From Gemmatimonadota bacterium (GTDB lineage Bacteria > Gemmatimonadota > Gemmatimonadetes > Palauibacterales > Palauibacteraceae): a stretch of 64,000 nt of DNA. Shown one piece after another: positions 20,359 to 30,024 of the stretch. Location of the stretch: the NCBI GenBank assembly GCA_963666735.1, contig OY762926.1, positions 3,712,001 to 3,776,000 on the forward strand, read 5' to 3'. Both the position numbers and the translations under genes were made by a program. The notes below the pieces were generated by a model. It worked only from the letters and a program-made list of their open reading frames with translations. It did no database searches and was not told the origin of the DNA. Every line of letters starts with the position of its first letter. The first letter of the stretch is position 1.

Positions 20359-20642
20359 ATGAGCGCTTACTTGATTTGCCTGAAGGAGCCCGCCGCCGAG
20401 GTCTCGCCTCCATTCGCGAGGAGTGGCCCGATGATCGCTACGAAGTGAGCGATACCCAGGTTCTCGTCGTCAAATCCAACGGTGGGGACTCAGTCTACCA
20501 TCGGATCTACCATCGGATCGAAGAGCGTCTCGGCCAAGACATCCACGTCTTGATCGTCCGGACCCGGTACTACCACGGTCGTCACAACGTCGATCTCCGG
20601 GAATGGCTTGAATCTCGCGCCCAGGTCGGACGACGCCGGTAG
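20359..20642 (+). pseudogene. Small hypothetical gene with apparent 1-bp frameshift near 20403
   Basis: MSAYLICLKEPAAEV in one frame joins LASIREEWPDDRYEVSDTQVLVV...LREWL in another if one base is added; lower GC; internal 12-bp duplication 20494-20517. Confidence 0.5.
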
Positions 20643-20649
20643 CTACCGG

Positions 20650-20753
20650 AGCGCCCCGTGGGTTCCCGGGAGTCCCTGTGAAGGGTTAAGCCAATTGAAG
20701 ATCGGACTTTCGATTGGCTTAAGCCGATGCACGGGGCGCTGACTCCTCCCACG
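20650..20753 (+). other. Compact multi-helix structured element (candidate ncRNA or mobile-element end)
   Basis: 11-bp helix 20650-60/20730-40, GTGA-tetraloop hairpin 20674-85, long hairpin 20686-20722, extra pairing 20669-74/20741-46. Confidence 0.5.
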
Positions 20754-20832
20754 AGTGCTTGAGATCTCGCGCCCGCCGAGGCGTTGGCGCGGTTTGACGC
20801 CGCTGGCCGGATCGCGCCATCTTCGGCGCCGC

Positions 20833-20903
20833 TGGCCCCTCGTCTAATGGCAAGACACCGGCCTTTGGAGCCGATGATCCAGGTTCGACCCCTGGGGGGC
20901 CAA
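20833..20903 (+). tRNA. tRNA-Gln (TTG), CCA not encoded
   Basis: TGGCCCC/GGGGCCA acceptor stem, GTCT/AGAC D-arm, anticodon loop CTTTGGA, T-arm CCAGG-TTCGACC-CCTGG; usual position after ispE. Confidence 0.95.
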
Positions 20904-20907
20904 TCCC

Positions 20908-23088
20908 ATGCCTGATCCGACCCCCCGCTCCGATGCGCGCTCCGACGCGCGCCCCAACCGACTCGCGCGGGAGAAGAGTCCCTACCTTCTCCAGCACGCC
21001 TTCAACCCCGTGGACTGGGTTCCGTGGGGGGAGGAGGCCTTCGCGCGCGCTCGAGCCGAGGATTGTCCGATCTTCCTCTCGATCGGGTACGCCACCTGCC
21101 ACTGGTGCCACGTGATGGAGCGCGAGTCCTTCGAGGACGCGGACGTGGCCGCGCTCCTCAACCGGGATTTCGTGTCGATCAAGGTGGACCGCGAGGAACG
21201 GCCGGACATCGACGGCGTCTACATGACCGCGTGCCAGCTCATGACGGGGCAGGGGGGCTGGCCTCTCACGATCGTGATGACGCCGGACAAGCAGCCCTTC
21301 TTCGCGGGGACCTACTTTCCGCGCGAGGGCGTGGCGGGGCGGGCGGGGATGCTGGACCTGCTGCCGCGACTCGCGGCCCTGTGGCGCGAACGGCGGGAGG
21401 ATGTCGAGGCGGCCGGGGCCTCCGCGCTGGCGGCCATCCGGGAGGTCGAGGTCCGCGGGGTGGGTTCCGGGGAGGGCGCGCTCGGCGAGGAGACGCTCCG
21501 CCGCGGCTTCAGCGACCTGCTGGCCCGCTTCGATCCGCACCAGGGCGGGTTCTCCCGGGCTCCGAAGTTTCCGGCGCCGCACCAACTCCTCTTCCTCCTG
21601 CGTTGGAGCGACCGCACCGGCGACCGGCGCGGCGTGGAGATGGTGGAGAAGACGCTCGTCTCCATGAGGCGGGGAGGCGTGTTCGACCACCTCGGGTACG
21701 GCTTCCACCGCTACTCGACCGATGCCCGCTGGCTCGTCCCGCACTTCGAGAAGATGCTGTACGACCAGGCGCTGCTCGCCATGGCGTACACGGAGCTGTG
21801 GCAGATGACGGGCGACGACGCGCACCGGACGGTGGCTCGCGAGATCCACGAGTATGTGGCGCGCGAACTCACCGACGCTGAGGGCGGCTTCTATTCCGCG
21901 GAGGATGCGGATAGCGAGGGGCGCGAAGGGGCGTTCTACGTGTGGACCCGGGCCGAGTTCGACGAGGTGCTGTCGGAGGCGCTCGGGGAGGACGCGGCCG
22001 GGCTTGCGCGGCGCGCCTTCCGGGTCGAGGCGCGCGGCAACTTCGCGGACGAGGCGTCGGGGCTCCGGACCGGCGAGAACATCCTGCACGCCGGAGAAAC
22101 GCCCGCCGAAATCGCGGCGGCGCTAGGGGAAGACGCCGGCCGCGTCGAGAAACGACTGGAGGAGGCGCGCCGCGTCCTGTTCGAGAAGCGAACCACGCGG
22201 GAGCGCCCGCTGCTCGACGACAAGATCCTGACCGACTGGAACGGGCTCATGATCGCGGCGCTGGCGCGGAGCGGCCTCGCCTTCGGCGACGAAGCGCTCG
22301 TCGCGGTGGCGGGGCGGTCCGCGGACTTCATCCTCGAGCAGCTCCGGGACGACGAGGGGACGCTGCTCCACCGCTACCGGGACGGGGAATCGGCCATCGT
22401 CGCGGGCGCGGCGGACCACGCCTGCCTCATCTGGGGGCTGATCGAGCTGTACGGGGCGACGTTCGATCCGCGTTGGCTGCGGTCGGCGCGCGAACTGCTG
22501 GATCCGCTGCTGGAGCGCTTCTGGGACCCGGACCGGCTTGGCGTGTTCAACGTGGACGCGACGCAGAGCGACGTGCCCATCCGCCAGAAGGAGCTGTACG
22601 ACGGGGCCACGCCCTCGGCCAACGCAACGACGTGGTACGTGCTCCTCCGACTGGGCCGGCTCACGGGCGACGTCGAACTCCTGGACCGGGCGGAAGCGCT
22701 GCGCCGGGCGCTCGCCGGCCCGGTCGGCGAGGCCCCCTCGGCGTACACGATGTCGCTCGTCGCGCTCGACCTCGCGCTGGGCCCGTCGCAGGAAGTCGTC
22801 GTGGCCGGCGACCCGGACGAGCCCGGCACGCGGCGCATGCTGGCCGCGCTCGCCGGCCGCTACGCGCCCCGCACGGCCGTCCTCTTCAAGCCGGCGGGCA
22901 GCCGGACGGAAGCGCCCGGCGGGCCTCCGGCGGACCTGCTCGCGCAGCTCGCTCCCTTCACCGAGCCGCACGACCTCCTGGACGGGAAGGCAACGGCATA
23001 CGTTTGCACCGACTTCGCGTGCCAGCGTCCGACGGCCGACATCCCGGAGATGCTGACGCAACTCGGCCGGCCGTCGCCGGACTCCTGA
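20908..23088 (+). CDS. Thioredoxin-domain protein YyaL/SSP411 (DUF255 plus six-hairpin glycosidase-like)
   Basis: [63 protein letters not shown]. Confidence 0.93.
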   Translation: MPDPTPRSDARSDARPNRLAREKSPYLLQHAFNPVDWVPWGEEAFARARAEDCPIFLSIGYATCHWCHVMERESFEDADVAALLNRDFVSIKVDREERPDIDGVYMTACQLMTGQGGWPLTIVMTPDKQPFFAGTYFPREGVAGRAGMLDLLPRLAALWRERREDVEAAGASALAAIREVEVRGVGSGEGALGEETLRRGFSDLLARFDPHQGGFSRAPKFPAPHQLLFLLRWSDRTGDRRGVEMVEKTLVSMRRGGVFDHLGYGFHRYSTDARWLVPHFEKMLYDQALLAMAYTELWQMTGDDAHRTVAREIHEYVARELTDAEGGFYSAEDADSEGREGAFYVWTRAEFDEVLSEALGEDAAGLARRAFRVEARGNFADEASGLRTGENILHAGETPAEIAAALGEDAGRVEKRLEEARRVLFEKRTTRERPLLDDKILTDWNGLMIAALARSGLAFGDEALVAVAGRSADFILEQLRDDEGTLLHRYRDGESAIVAGAADHACLIWGLIELYGATFDPRWLRSARELLDPLLERFWDPDRLGVFNVDATQSDVPIRQKELYDGATPSANATTWYVLLRLGRLTGDVELLDRAEALRRALAGPVGEAPSAYTMSLVALDLALGPSQEVVVAGDPDEPGTRRMLAALAGRYAPRTAVLFKPAGSRTEAPGGPPADLLAQLAPFTEPHDLLDGKATAYVCTDFACQRPTADIPEMLTQLGRPSPDS

Positions 23089-23137
23089 TCGCCCCAAGAC
23101 AGCCGACCGCCCCACGACAGACACTGGAGTTCGAGGC

Positions 23138-24208
23138 ATGGGCCTGGACCAGACAATCTACGGAAACACGCTCTCGGCCTGGCTGATCGCCGTCGGCATC
23201 TACGCCTTCACGACCCTGGCGCTGTGGCTGCTCGAACGCTACGCGCTGCGGGCGTTCGCGCGCTTCGCGAGCCAGACCCGGACCTCGATCGACGATCTCG
23301 TCGCCCACCTGCTCGGCGAGACGAAGTTCGGTCTCATCCTCTTCGTGGGGCTCTTCGCCGCCTCGCTCGTGCTCGAACTCGATGCCGTGGTGGCGCTCGT
23401 GATTCGCCGCGCCGCCGTCATCGCCATCGTCGTCCAGGGCGGAATCTGGGCGAGCGCCGCGATCGCCTTCTGGGTGCGGCGGTTCGTGGATGCCACGGCG
23501 GGCGAGGATGCGGAGGCCGTGACCATGGTCGGCGCGCTCTCGTTCGTGGGCCGGCTCGCCGTGTGGTCCGTCGTCCTCCTCCTCATCCTCGACAACCTCG
23601 GGGTCGAAGTCGCGGCCCTGCTCGCGGGCCTCGGCATCGGAGGCATCGCCGTCGCCCTCGCGGCGCAAAACGTCCTCGGCGACCTGCTCGCGTCGCTCTC
23701 CATCATCCTCGACAAACCCTTCGTCATCGGCGACTTCCTGGTCATCGGCGACTTCCAGGGGTCGGTGGAGCACATCGGCCTCAAGACGACCCGGCTGCGC
23801 AGCCTCGGCGGCGAGCAACTCATCCTCGGAAACAGCGATGTGATCAATACGCGGATCCGGAACCTCGGGCGCATGGCGGACCGGCGCGGGGCGCTGAAGG
23901 TCGGCGTGACCTACGACACGCCGCGCGAACTGCTGGCGCAGATCCCCGGCTGGATCGAGGAGATCGTGGCGGCCCAGGAGGAGACCCGCTTCGACCGCTG
24001 CCACCTCTCGGGCTTCGCGGACTCCGCGATCGAGTTCGACACCATCTTCTACATGACCGTCCCCGAATACGATCGTTTCATGGACGTGAAGCAGGCCGTG
24101 CTGCTCGCGATCCACGAACGGTTCGACCGGCACGGCGTCGAGTTCGCGTACCCGACGCAGGTCGTCTACACGATTCCGACGGCGCCGGCGGCTCCGGCGG
24201 CAGAGTAG
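23138..24208 (+). CDS. Small-conductance mechanosensitive channel (MscS family)
   Basis: LAGLGIGGIAVALAAQ, DKPFVIGDF, GSVEHIGLKTTRLR, FAYPT. Confidence 0.93.
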   Translation: MGLDQTIYGNTLSAWLIAVGIYAFTTLALWLLERYALRAFARFASQTRTSIDDLVAHLLGETKFGLILFVGLFAASLVLELDAVVALVIRRAAVIAIVVQGGIWASAAIAFWVRRFVDATAGEDAEAVTMVGALSFVGRLAVWSVVLLLILDNLGVEVAALLAGLGIGGIAVALAAQNVLGDLLASLSIILDKPFVIGDFLVIGDFQGSVEHIGLKTTRLRSLGGEQLILGNSDVINTRIRNLGRMADRRGALKVGVTYDTPRELLAQIPGWIEEIVAAQEETRFDRCHLSGFADSAIEFDTIFYMTVPEYDRFMDVKQAVLLAIHERFDRHGVEFAYPTQVVYTIPTAPAAPAAE

Positions 24209-24238
24209 CGCCCCCCCCCGCCCGAGACCGCGCGCTCG

Positions 24239-24268
24239 TTGACAGGAACCCGCGCGAACCGATAGTCT
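24239..24268 (+). promoter_or_regulatory. sigma70-type promoter for prs operon (TTGACA-N18-TAGTCT)
   Basis: Perfect -35 and plausible -10 in the intergenic region ~145 nt upstream of prs. Confidence 0.55.
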
Positions 24269-24413
24269 GGGCGGCTGTCGCCGTGGGGTTCGGCCTTGCG
24301 GCACACGGGTTCGGGACCCACACGGTTTCTCTCCATTCCGGCACGACCTCCGCGGGCGGCATGCGCGCGGAGCGGCGAGCGCCGGAACCAGACCAGCGAG
24401 CCAGTCGACACGC

Positions 24414-25379
24414 ATGGACACCACGGACTTCTCGTTCCATACGAGTCCGATCATGCTGCTTTCGGGTACGGCGAATCCCGCCCTCGCGCAGGGGATCGCC
24501 GATGTGCTCGGAGAGCGGCTGTGCGACGTCACGATCAAGCGGTTCGCCGACGGCGAGATCTTCGTGCGCATCAACGAGAACGTGCGCGGGCGCGACGTCT
24601 TCCTCATTCAGCCCACGAACCCGCCTGCGGAGAACGTGCTCGAACTCCTGATCCTCATCGACGCGGCGAAGCGCGCCTCCGCGGCCCGGGTCACGGCGGT
24701 CGTCCCCTACTACGGATACGGCCGCTCCGACCGGAAGGATCAGCCGCGCGTGTCGATCGCGGCGAAGCTGCTCGCGAACCTGATGACGGCCGCCGGCGCG
24801 GACCGCGTCCTTTCCATCGACTTCCACCAGCACCAGATCCAGGGCTTCTTCGACATTCCCGTGGACCACCTCTACGCGGCCCCGGTCTTCCGGCGCTACT
24901 ACGAGATGAAGAAGCTGGACAACCTGGTCGTCGTCGCGACGGACGTGAGCGCGGCGAAGATGGCGCGGGGCTACGCGCGCCGCCTCGGGGGGGACCTCGC
25001 GATCATCGACAAGCGGCGTCCGGCGCCGAACGAAGCCGAGGTCTCGAACATCGTGGGCGATGTCGAGGGGAAGCACTGCATCGTGCCCGACGACATGATC
25101 GACACGGCCGGGACCATGGTGTCGGCCATCGAAGTGCTCAAGGAGCGCGGGGCGCTGGACGTCTATGTCCTCGCCACGCACCCGCTCTTCTCGGGCCCGG
25201 CGCTCGAGCGCCTCGCGTCGGCCGACGTGAAGGCGATCACGGTGACGGACACCGTGCCGCTCGCGCCGGGAGTGCAGGAAGCGCTCCCCAATCTGACCGT
25301 GCTGTCCGTGGCGAGCCTGCTCGCGCAGGCCATCGAGAGCACGCACGCGAATACCTCCGTGAGCAAGCTGTTCAAGTAA
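24414..25379 (+). CDS. prs: Ribose-phosphate pyrophosphokinase
   Basis: FADGEI..NENVRGRD, PYYGYGRSDRK, DDMIDTAGT. Confidence 0.98.
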   Translation: MDTTDFSFHTSPIMLLSGTANPALAQGIADVLGERLCDVTIKRFADGEIFVRINENVRGRDVFLIQPTNPPAENVLELLILIDAAKRASAARVTAVVPYYGYGRSDRKDQPRVSIAAKLLANLMTAAGADRVLSIDFHQHQIQGFFDIPVDHLYAAPVFRRYYEMKKLDNLVVVATDVSAAKMARGYARRLGGDLAIIDKRRPAPNEAEVSNIVGDVEGKHCIVPDDMIDTAGTMVSAIEVLKERGALDVYVLATHPLFSGPALERLASADVKAITVTDTVPLAPGVQEALPNLTVLSVASLLAQAIESTHANTSVSKLFK

Positions 25380-25380
25380 C

Positions 25381-25436
25381 GAGAAATCGAGAAAACCGAG
25401 CGAGACCGAGAGAAACCGAGAGAAGTCGAGAGAAAG
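25381..25436. repeat. ~10-bp degenerate tandem repeat (CCGAGAGAAA-like) between prs and rplY
   Basis: gagaaatcgagaaaaccgagcgagaccgagagaaaccgagagaagtcgagagaaag. Confidence 0.75.
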
Positions 25437-26087
25437 ATGACGAACGAATCCGCCAGACTGACGGCGCGGACACGGACCACCTCCGGAAAGGGCGCCGCGA
25501 GACAGCTTCGCCGAAGCGGCGGGTTGCCCGCGGTCGTGTACGGCCGCCGGGACGAGGCCGAGTCGCTGGCGCTGGACACGCATGAGCTTTCGCGCCTGCT
25601 GAGCCGGATCCACGCGGCCACGACGGTGATCGACCTCGAGGTCGACGGCGGCAAGCCGCGCCCGGTCCTGATCCGCGAGATCCAGCGCCACCCGTATCGG
25701 CCCCAACTCCTGCATGTGGACTTCTTCGAGATCCGCGCGGACGTGAAGATCCGGGTGCCGGTCCCGGTCCACCTCGTGGAGACGCCGGCCGGCGTGGAGA
25801 TGGGCGGAATGCTGCAGTTCCTCCGCCACGAACTCGAGGTCGAGTGTCTGCCGAACGAGATTCCCTCCGGGTTCGACCTCGATGTCTCGGCCCTCGAAAT
25901 CGGCGACTCGCTTCATGTCTCGGACGTGGATGCGGGCGATGTCACGATCATCGACGATGAGACGGTCACGATCTGCACGGTCGTGCCGCCGGCCCTCGAG
26001 GAAGAAGAGGAAGTGGACGAGGCACTGGACGAGGCAGTGGAAGGCGAGGAGGCCGAAGCCGCGGGCGACGAGCCGGAGGAGGGCTGA
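25437..26087 (+). CDS. rplY: 50S ribosomal protein L25/general stress protein Ctc
   Basis: GKGAARQLRR..LPAVVYG, QRHP..LHVDF, LEIGDSLHVSD. Confidence 0.96.
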   Translation: MTNESARLTARTRTTSGKGAARQLRRSGGLPAVVYGRRDEAESLALDTHELSRLLSRIHAATTVIDLEVDGGKPRPVLIREIQRHPYRPQLLHVDFFEIRADVKIRVPVPVHLVETPAGVEMGGMLQFLRHELEVECLPNEIPSGFDLDVSALEIGDSLHVSDVDAGDVTIIDDETVTICTVVPPALEEEEEVDEALDEAVEGEEAEAAGDEPEEG

Positions 26088-26117
26088 GCCGGAGGCCGGG
26101 TCGGGTCCGTCGGCGGG

Positions 26118-26711
26118 ATGCGGTTGCTGCTCGCGCTGGGCAACCCCGGCGCGAAGTACCGGGATACGCGGCACAACATCGGTTGGTGGCTCGCGGATCG
26201 CCTGGCGCTCCGATGGGGAGCCGACCCGTTTCGCCCGGACGGGGCCACAGCCGGGGCCACCGCGTGGACGACGGGATCCGGGCGGCCGGGCGTGGAGATC
26301 CACAAGCCGCTGACGTACATGAACCGGAGCGGCGAGGCGCTGGCGGCGCTGCTCGCGGCCCGGCCCGCGGCGCCGCGGCTCGACCCGGCGGCCGACATCC
26401 TCGTCCTCGTCGACGATGTCGCGCTCCCGGCCGGCCGCTTTCGCGTGCGGAAGAGGGGATCGCCGGGCGGGCACAACGGCCTCGCCTCGATTTCGGCGAG
26501 TCTCGATTCCGACGGTTACGGCCGCCTCAGGCTCGGCGTCGGGCGGCCGCCGGACGACCGCATCGACCTGGCGGCCTGGGTGTTGTCGCGGATGTCGCGA
26601 GCGGAGGAGGAGGAAGCGCTGGGTGCCTTCCCCCGAGCCGCGGAAGCGGTGGAGTACTGGCTGGACCATGGTGTGGAAGCGGCGATGAACCGCTTCAACC
26701 GTCCGGGGTGA
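26118..26711 (+). CDS. pth: Peptidyl-tRNA hydrolase
   Basis: LGNPGAKYRDTRHNIG, KPLTYMNRSG, GGHNGL, AMNRFN. Confidence 0.97.
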   Translation: MRLLLALGNPGAKYRDTRHNIGWWLADRLALRWGADPFRPDGATAGATAWTTGSGRPGVEIHKPLTYMNRSGEALAALLAARPAAPRLDPAADILVLVDDVALPAGRFRVRKRGSPGGHNGLASISASLDSDGYGRLRLGVGRPPDDRIDLAAWVLSRMSRAEEEEALGAFPRAAEAVEYWLDHGVEAAMNRFNRPG

Positions 26712-26763
26712 ACCCCCCGCTGATCAGAGGATAATCAGAGGATAATCAAGGGAGCAGGGAAAC

Positions 26764-28890
26764 GTGGTCGGAAACATCGATTTTGCGATCTGGCTCGGCG
26801 TGATCGGGCTCTTTTTCTCCTTCGCGCTCTTCATGTACGTGAAGGCGCAGCCCGTTGGAAACGAGAAGATGGCCGAGCTGTCGGAGGCGATCCATTCGGG
26901 CGCGATGGCGTTCCTGAGGCGCGAATACACCGTGCTGCTGCCGTTCATCATCGTCGTCGCGGCCCTCCTGTTCTGGCTCGTGGGCCCGCACACGGCGATC
27001 GCCTACGGACTGGGCGCGGCGTGCTCGGTCATGGCCGGCTTCTTCGGCATGCAGGCCGCGACGTCGGCGAACGTCCGCACCTCCGAGGCGGCGCGCGCGG
27101 AAGGCCAGGCCAAGGCGCTCCGGGTCGCCTTCTCGGGCGGGGCCGTGATGGGCATCGCGGTGGCGGCGCTCGGCCTGCTCGGGATCGGCGCCGTGATCAC
27201 GATCTACGATCCCCAGGCGACGGGCTTCCGTCCCTTCGGCGAGATCATCTCGGGTTTCGCGATGGGCGCATCCTCGATCGCGCTCTTCGCGCGCGTGGGC
27301 GGCGGCATCTACACGAAGGCGGCCGATGTCGGCGCGGACCTCGTGGGCAAGGTCGAGGCCGGCATCCCGGAGGACGATCCCCGCAACCCGGCGACGATCG
27401 CCGACAACGTGGGCGATAACGTGGGCGACGTGGCGGGGATGGGGGCGGACATCTTCGAGTCGTACGTGGGCTCGGTCATCGCCACGATCGTCATCGGCGT
27501 GACGAGCGCGATGATCCTCGATGGAGCCCGGCTCCAGGCCGTGGCGCTGCCGATCCTCTACATCATGGCCGGCTTCCTCGCGAGCGCCGTCGGCGTCCTC
27601 TCCATCCGCGTCCTCGATCGCATGAGTCCCGCGGCGGCCCTGCGCTGGGCGCCGATCATCGGGGCCGTGCTCTTCTGGATCGCGGCGTACGCGATCACGG
27701 TGAACCTCCAACTGTTCGACGCGGCGGCGCAGGGCAAGTGGGTCTTCCTCCACCCGAACGCCGGCCCCTTCTGGGCCATGCTGTTCGGTTCGCTGGTCGG
27801 CATCGCGATCGGCCTCGTGACGGAGTACTACACGGCGGAGAAGCCGATCCGGCGCATCGCCGCGGCCTCCGAGACCGGCTCCGCAACGAACATCATCACG
27901 GGACTCGCGGTCGGCATGGAGTCGACCCTGATTCCCATGCTTCTGATCTCCGCCGCCATCTTCCTCGCCTTCAACTTCGCCGGTCTGTACGGGATCGGGA
28001 TCGCCGCCGTGGGCATGCTGGCCACCGTCGGCGTGACGATGTCCGTGGACGCGTACGGCCCGGTGGCGGACAACGCGGGCGGCATCTCGGAGATGGCGGA
28101 ACTGGGCCCCGAGGTCCGCTCGGTGACCGACTCGCTCGACTCGCTCGGCAACACGACGGCGGCGATCGGGAAGGGCTTCGCGGTCGGCTCCGCCGCGCTC
28201 ACGGCGCTGGCCCTGTTCTCCGCCTACGCGAACGCGGTGGGTCTGCGCGAGACCGGGATCAACCTCATCAATCCGCTCGTCGTGATGGGCCTCTTCATCG
28301 GCGGCGTGACGCCCTTCTTCATCGCCGCGCTCACGATGACGGCGGTGGGCCGCGCGGCGGCCGGGATGGTGGCGGAAGTCCGTCGCCAGTTCCGCGAGAT
28401 CCCCGGCATCATGGAGGGGACGGCGAAGCCGGATTCGGCGCGCTGCGTGGACATCTCCACGAGGGCGGCGCTTCGCGAGATGATCGTGCCGGGCCTGGTG
28501 GCGATCATCGTCCCCATCATGGTCGGCCGCTTCCTCGGCGTCGAGGCGCTCGGCGGCGCGCTGGCCGGCGCGACCGTGACCGGCGTGCTGCTCGCGCTCT
28601 TCATGGCGAACTCCGGGGGCGCGTGGGACAACGCCAAGAAGTACATCGAGACGGGAGCCCACGGGGGCAAGGGCTCCGACCCGCACAAGGCGGCCGTGGT
28701 CGGCGACACGGTGGGCGACCCCTTCAAGGACACGTCCGGTCCGTCGATGAACATCGTCGTGAAGCTGATGAGCGTCGTCTCGCTCGTTCTCGCGCCCTGG
28801 TTCGTGGACGTGCACGGGATGGCCGCGGGCGCGCCGGAAGCCGCCCTCGCCGCGGTCGGCGGTGTGCTGCGGGCTCTGGGATGGTTCTAG
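26764..28890 (+). CDS. hppA: Membrane-bound cation-translocating pyrophosphatase (K+-dependent type)
   Basis: [61 protein letters not shown]. Confidence 0.97.
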   Translation: MVGNIDFAIWLGVIGLFFSFALFMYVKAQPVGNEKMAELSEAIHSGAMAFLRREYTVLLPFIIVVAALLFWLVGPHTAIAYGLGAACSVMAGFFGMQAATSANVRTSEAARAEGQAKALRVAFSGGAVMGIAVAALGLLGIGAVITIYDPQATGFRPFGEIISGFAMGASSIALFARVGGGIYTKAADVGADLVGKVEAGIPEDDPRNPATIADNVGDNVGDVAGMGADIFESYVGSVIATIVIGVTSAMILDGARLQAVALPILYIMAGFLASAVGVLSIRVLDRMSPAAALRWAPIIGAVLFWIAAYAITVNLQLFDAAAQGKWVFLHPNAGPFWAMLFGSLVGIAIGLVTEYYTAEKPIRRIAAASETGSATNIITGLAVGMESTLIPMLLISAAIFLAFNFAGLYGIGIAAVGMLATVGVTMSVDAYGPVADNAGGISEMAELGPEVRSVTDSLDSLGNTTAAIGKGFAVGSAALTALALFSAYANAVGLRETGINLINPLVVMGLFIGGVTPFFIAALTMTAVGRAAAGMVAEVRRQFREIPGIMEGTAKPDSARCVDISTRAALREMIVPGLVAIIVPIMVGRFLGVEALGGALAGATVTGVLLALFMANSGGAWDNAKKYIETGAHGGKGSDPHKAAVVGDTVGDPFKDTSGPSMNIVVKLMSVVSLVLAPWFVDVHGMAAGAPEAALAAVGGVLRALGWF

Positions 28891-28936
28891 CCGCCTTGAC
28901 AGCGGCGCTACATTCAGTTGCCGCTCCAGCTGTCGC

Positions 28937-28976
28937 TGCCTTCACGTAAGCGGTTGCCTTCACGGTTGCCTTCACG
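28937..28976. repeat. TGCCTTCACG x3 direct repeat upstream of rpsF
   Basis: Copies at 28937, 28955 and 28967. Confidence 0.8.
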
Positions 28977-29025
28977 TAGCGGTGCATATACCGGCTCGCC
29001 GTCCTCCGGCGCGCCGACAAATCCA

Positions 29026-29074
29026 GACTCCTGCTCCGACCGTGCGGGTCGGGGCCGACGAGACCGAAGGAGCC
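29026..29074 (+). promoter_or_regulatory. rpsF (S6:S18) autoregulatory leader RNA
   Basis: CTCCT pairs with SD AGGAG; inner hairpin GCTCCGACC/GGTCGGGGC; unpaired CCG just 5' of the SD, as in the known S6:S18-binding motif. Confidence 0.7.
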
Positions 29075-29079
29075 CGCGC

Positions 29080-29793
29080 ATGCGCGATTACGAGATCGTG
29101 TACATCTTCCGTTCGAGCCTGGCCTCCGAGGAGATCGGGGAGAAGATCGAGCGCTACCACGCCATCATCACGGCCGACGATCCGGGCGAAGTCGCCGCCT
29201 CGGTCCACTGGGGCAAGCGGCAACTCGCCTACCCCATCCGGAAGCAACGGAACGGCTACTACGTCGTCGCCCAGTTCACTTCGACGCCCGACCCGCTCAG
29301 GGAACTGGAGCGCGTGCTGAAGCTCGAAGATGACATCCTCCGGTATCTGATCGTGATCGCGGAACAGCCGCTGCCGGTTCCCGAGGCGGCGCCGACGGCC
29401 CCCGAGACGGAGGACGCCGGCGCCGACGAAGCGGGCGCGGACGCCGAGGCTCCGAAGGCCGAAGAGGAGGCCGAAGGGGCGGACGCGGAGGCAGGCTCTG
29501 AAGAAGCGGCCGAGGAAGATGCCGAGGGTCCGGCGGACGCAGCGGCCGGAACCGCGGAGGCTGAGGAAGCCGAAAGCGCGGCGGACACGGCGGAAGACGA
29601 GGTTGGGGACGCGCCGGACGATGCTGCCTCCGACGCTGAAGCCGAAGCTGATACCGACGCTGAAGCTGAAGCCGACGCTGAAGACGAGGCGCCTGCGGAC
29701 GAAGCCGAGACGGAGCAGGACGGTGCGGACGCGGATGCCGGGGAACCGGAAGAGTCCGCCGCCGCGAAGTCCGCCGATGCGAAGGAGGAATAG
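29080..29793 (+). CDS. rpsF: 30S ribosomal protein S6 with long acidic tail
   Basis: MRDYEIVYIF, WGKRQLAYPIRK..GYY, ILRYL; AAGGAG RBS. Confidence 0.96.
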   Translation: MRDYEIVYIFRSSLASEEIGEKIERYHAIITADDPGEVAASVHWGKRQLAYPIRKQRNGYYVVAQFTSTPDPLRELERVLKLEDDILRYLIVIAEQPLPVPEAAPTAPETEDAGADEAGADAEAPKAEEEAEGADAEAGSEEAAEEDAEGPADAAAGTAEAEEAESAADTAEDEVGDAPDDAASDAEAEADTDAEAEADAEDEAPADEAETEQDGADADAGEPEESAAAKSADAKEE

Positions 29794-30012
29794 ATGGCCT
29801 TTCGAAAGGCGTGCCGGTTCTGCGAGGCCCGGATGCCCGGCGTGGACTACAAGGATGAACGCACGCTGGACCGCTATATTTCGGATCGCGGCAAGATTCT
29901 GCCGCGGCGAGCCACGGGGACGTGCGCCCGGCACCAGCGGGGCGTGGCGGCGGCGATCAAGCGGGCGAGATACCTCGCGTTGCTGCCGTACATCCGCGGC
30001 TACTACGACTAG
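29794..30012 (+). CDS. rpsR: 30S ribosomal protein S18 (zinc-binding type)
   Basis: [37 protein letters not shown]. Confidence 0.98.
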   Translation: MAFRKACRFCEARMPGVDYKDERTLDRYISDRGKILPRRATGTCARHQRGVAAAIKRARYLALLPYIRGYYD

Positions 30013-30024
30013 TTCGGCCCCGGC

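Noticed and set aside
20684..20724. Integron attC-like site (GTTAAGC core)
   Set aside because: Core sites are in the wrong order for attC, and there is no integrase or cassette array
20833..24240. tRNA-integrated genomic island
   Set aside because: No integrase, no duplicated tRNA 3' end, and GC/codon style matches the host
24275..24413. Riboswitch or tRNA remnant in the prs leader
   Set aside because: Only weak GC pairings; no cloverleaf or recognisable aptamer core
25381..25436. CRISPR-like array at short repeats here and at 28937 and 63726
   Set aside because: Units are 10-12 bp, tandem, without unique spacers; no cas genes
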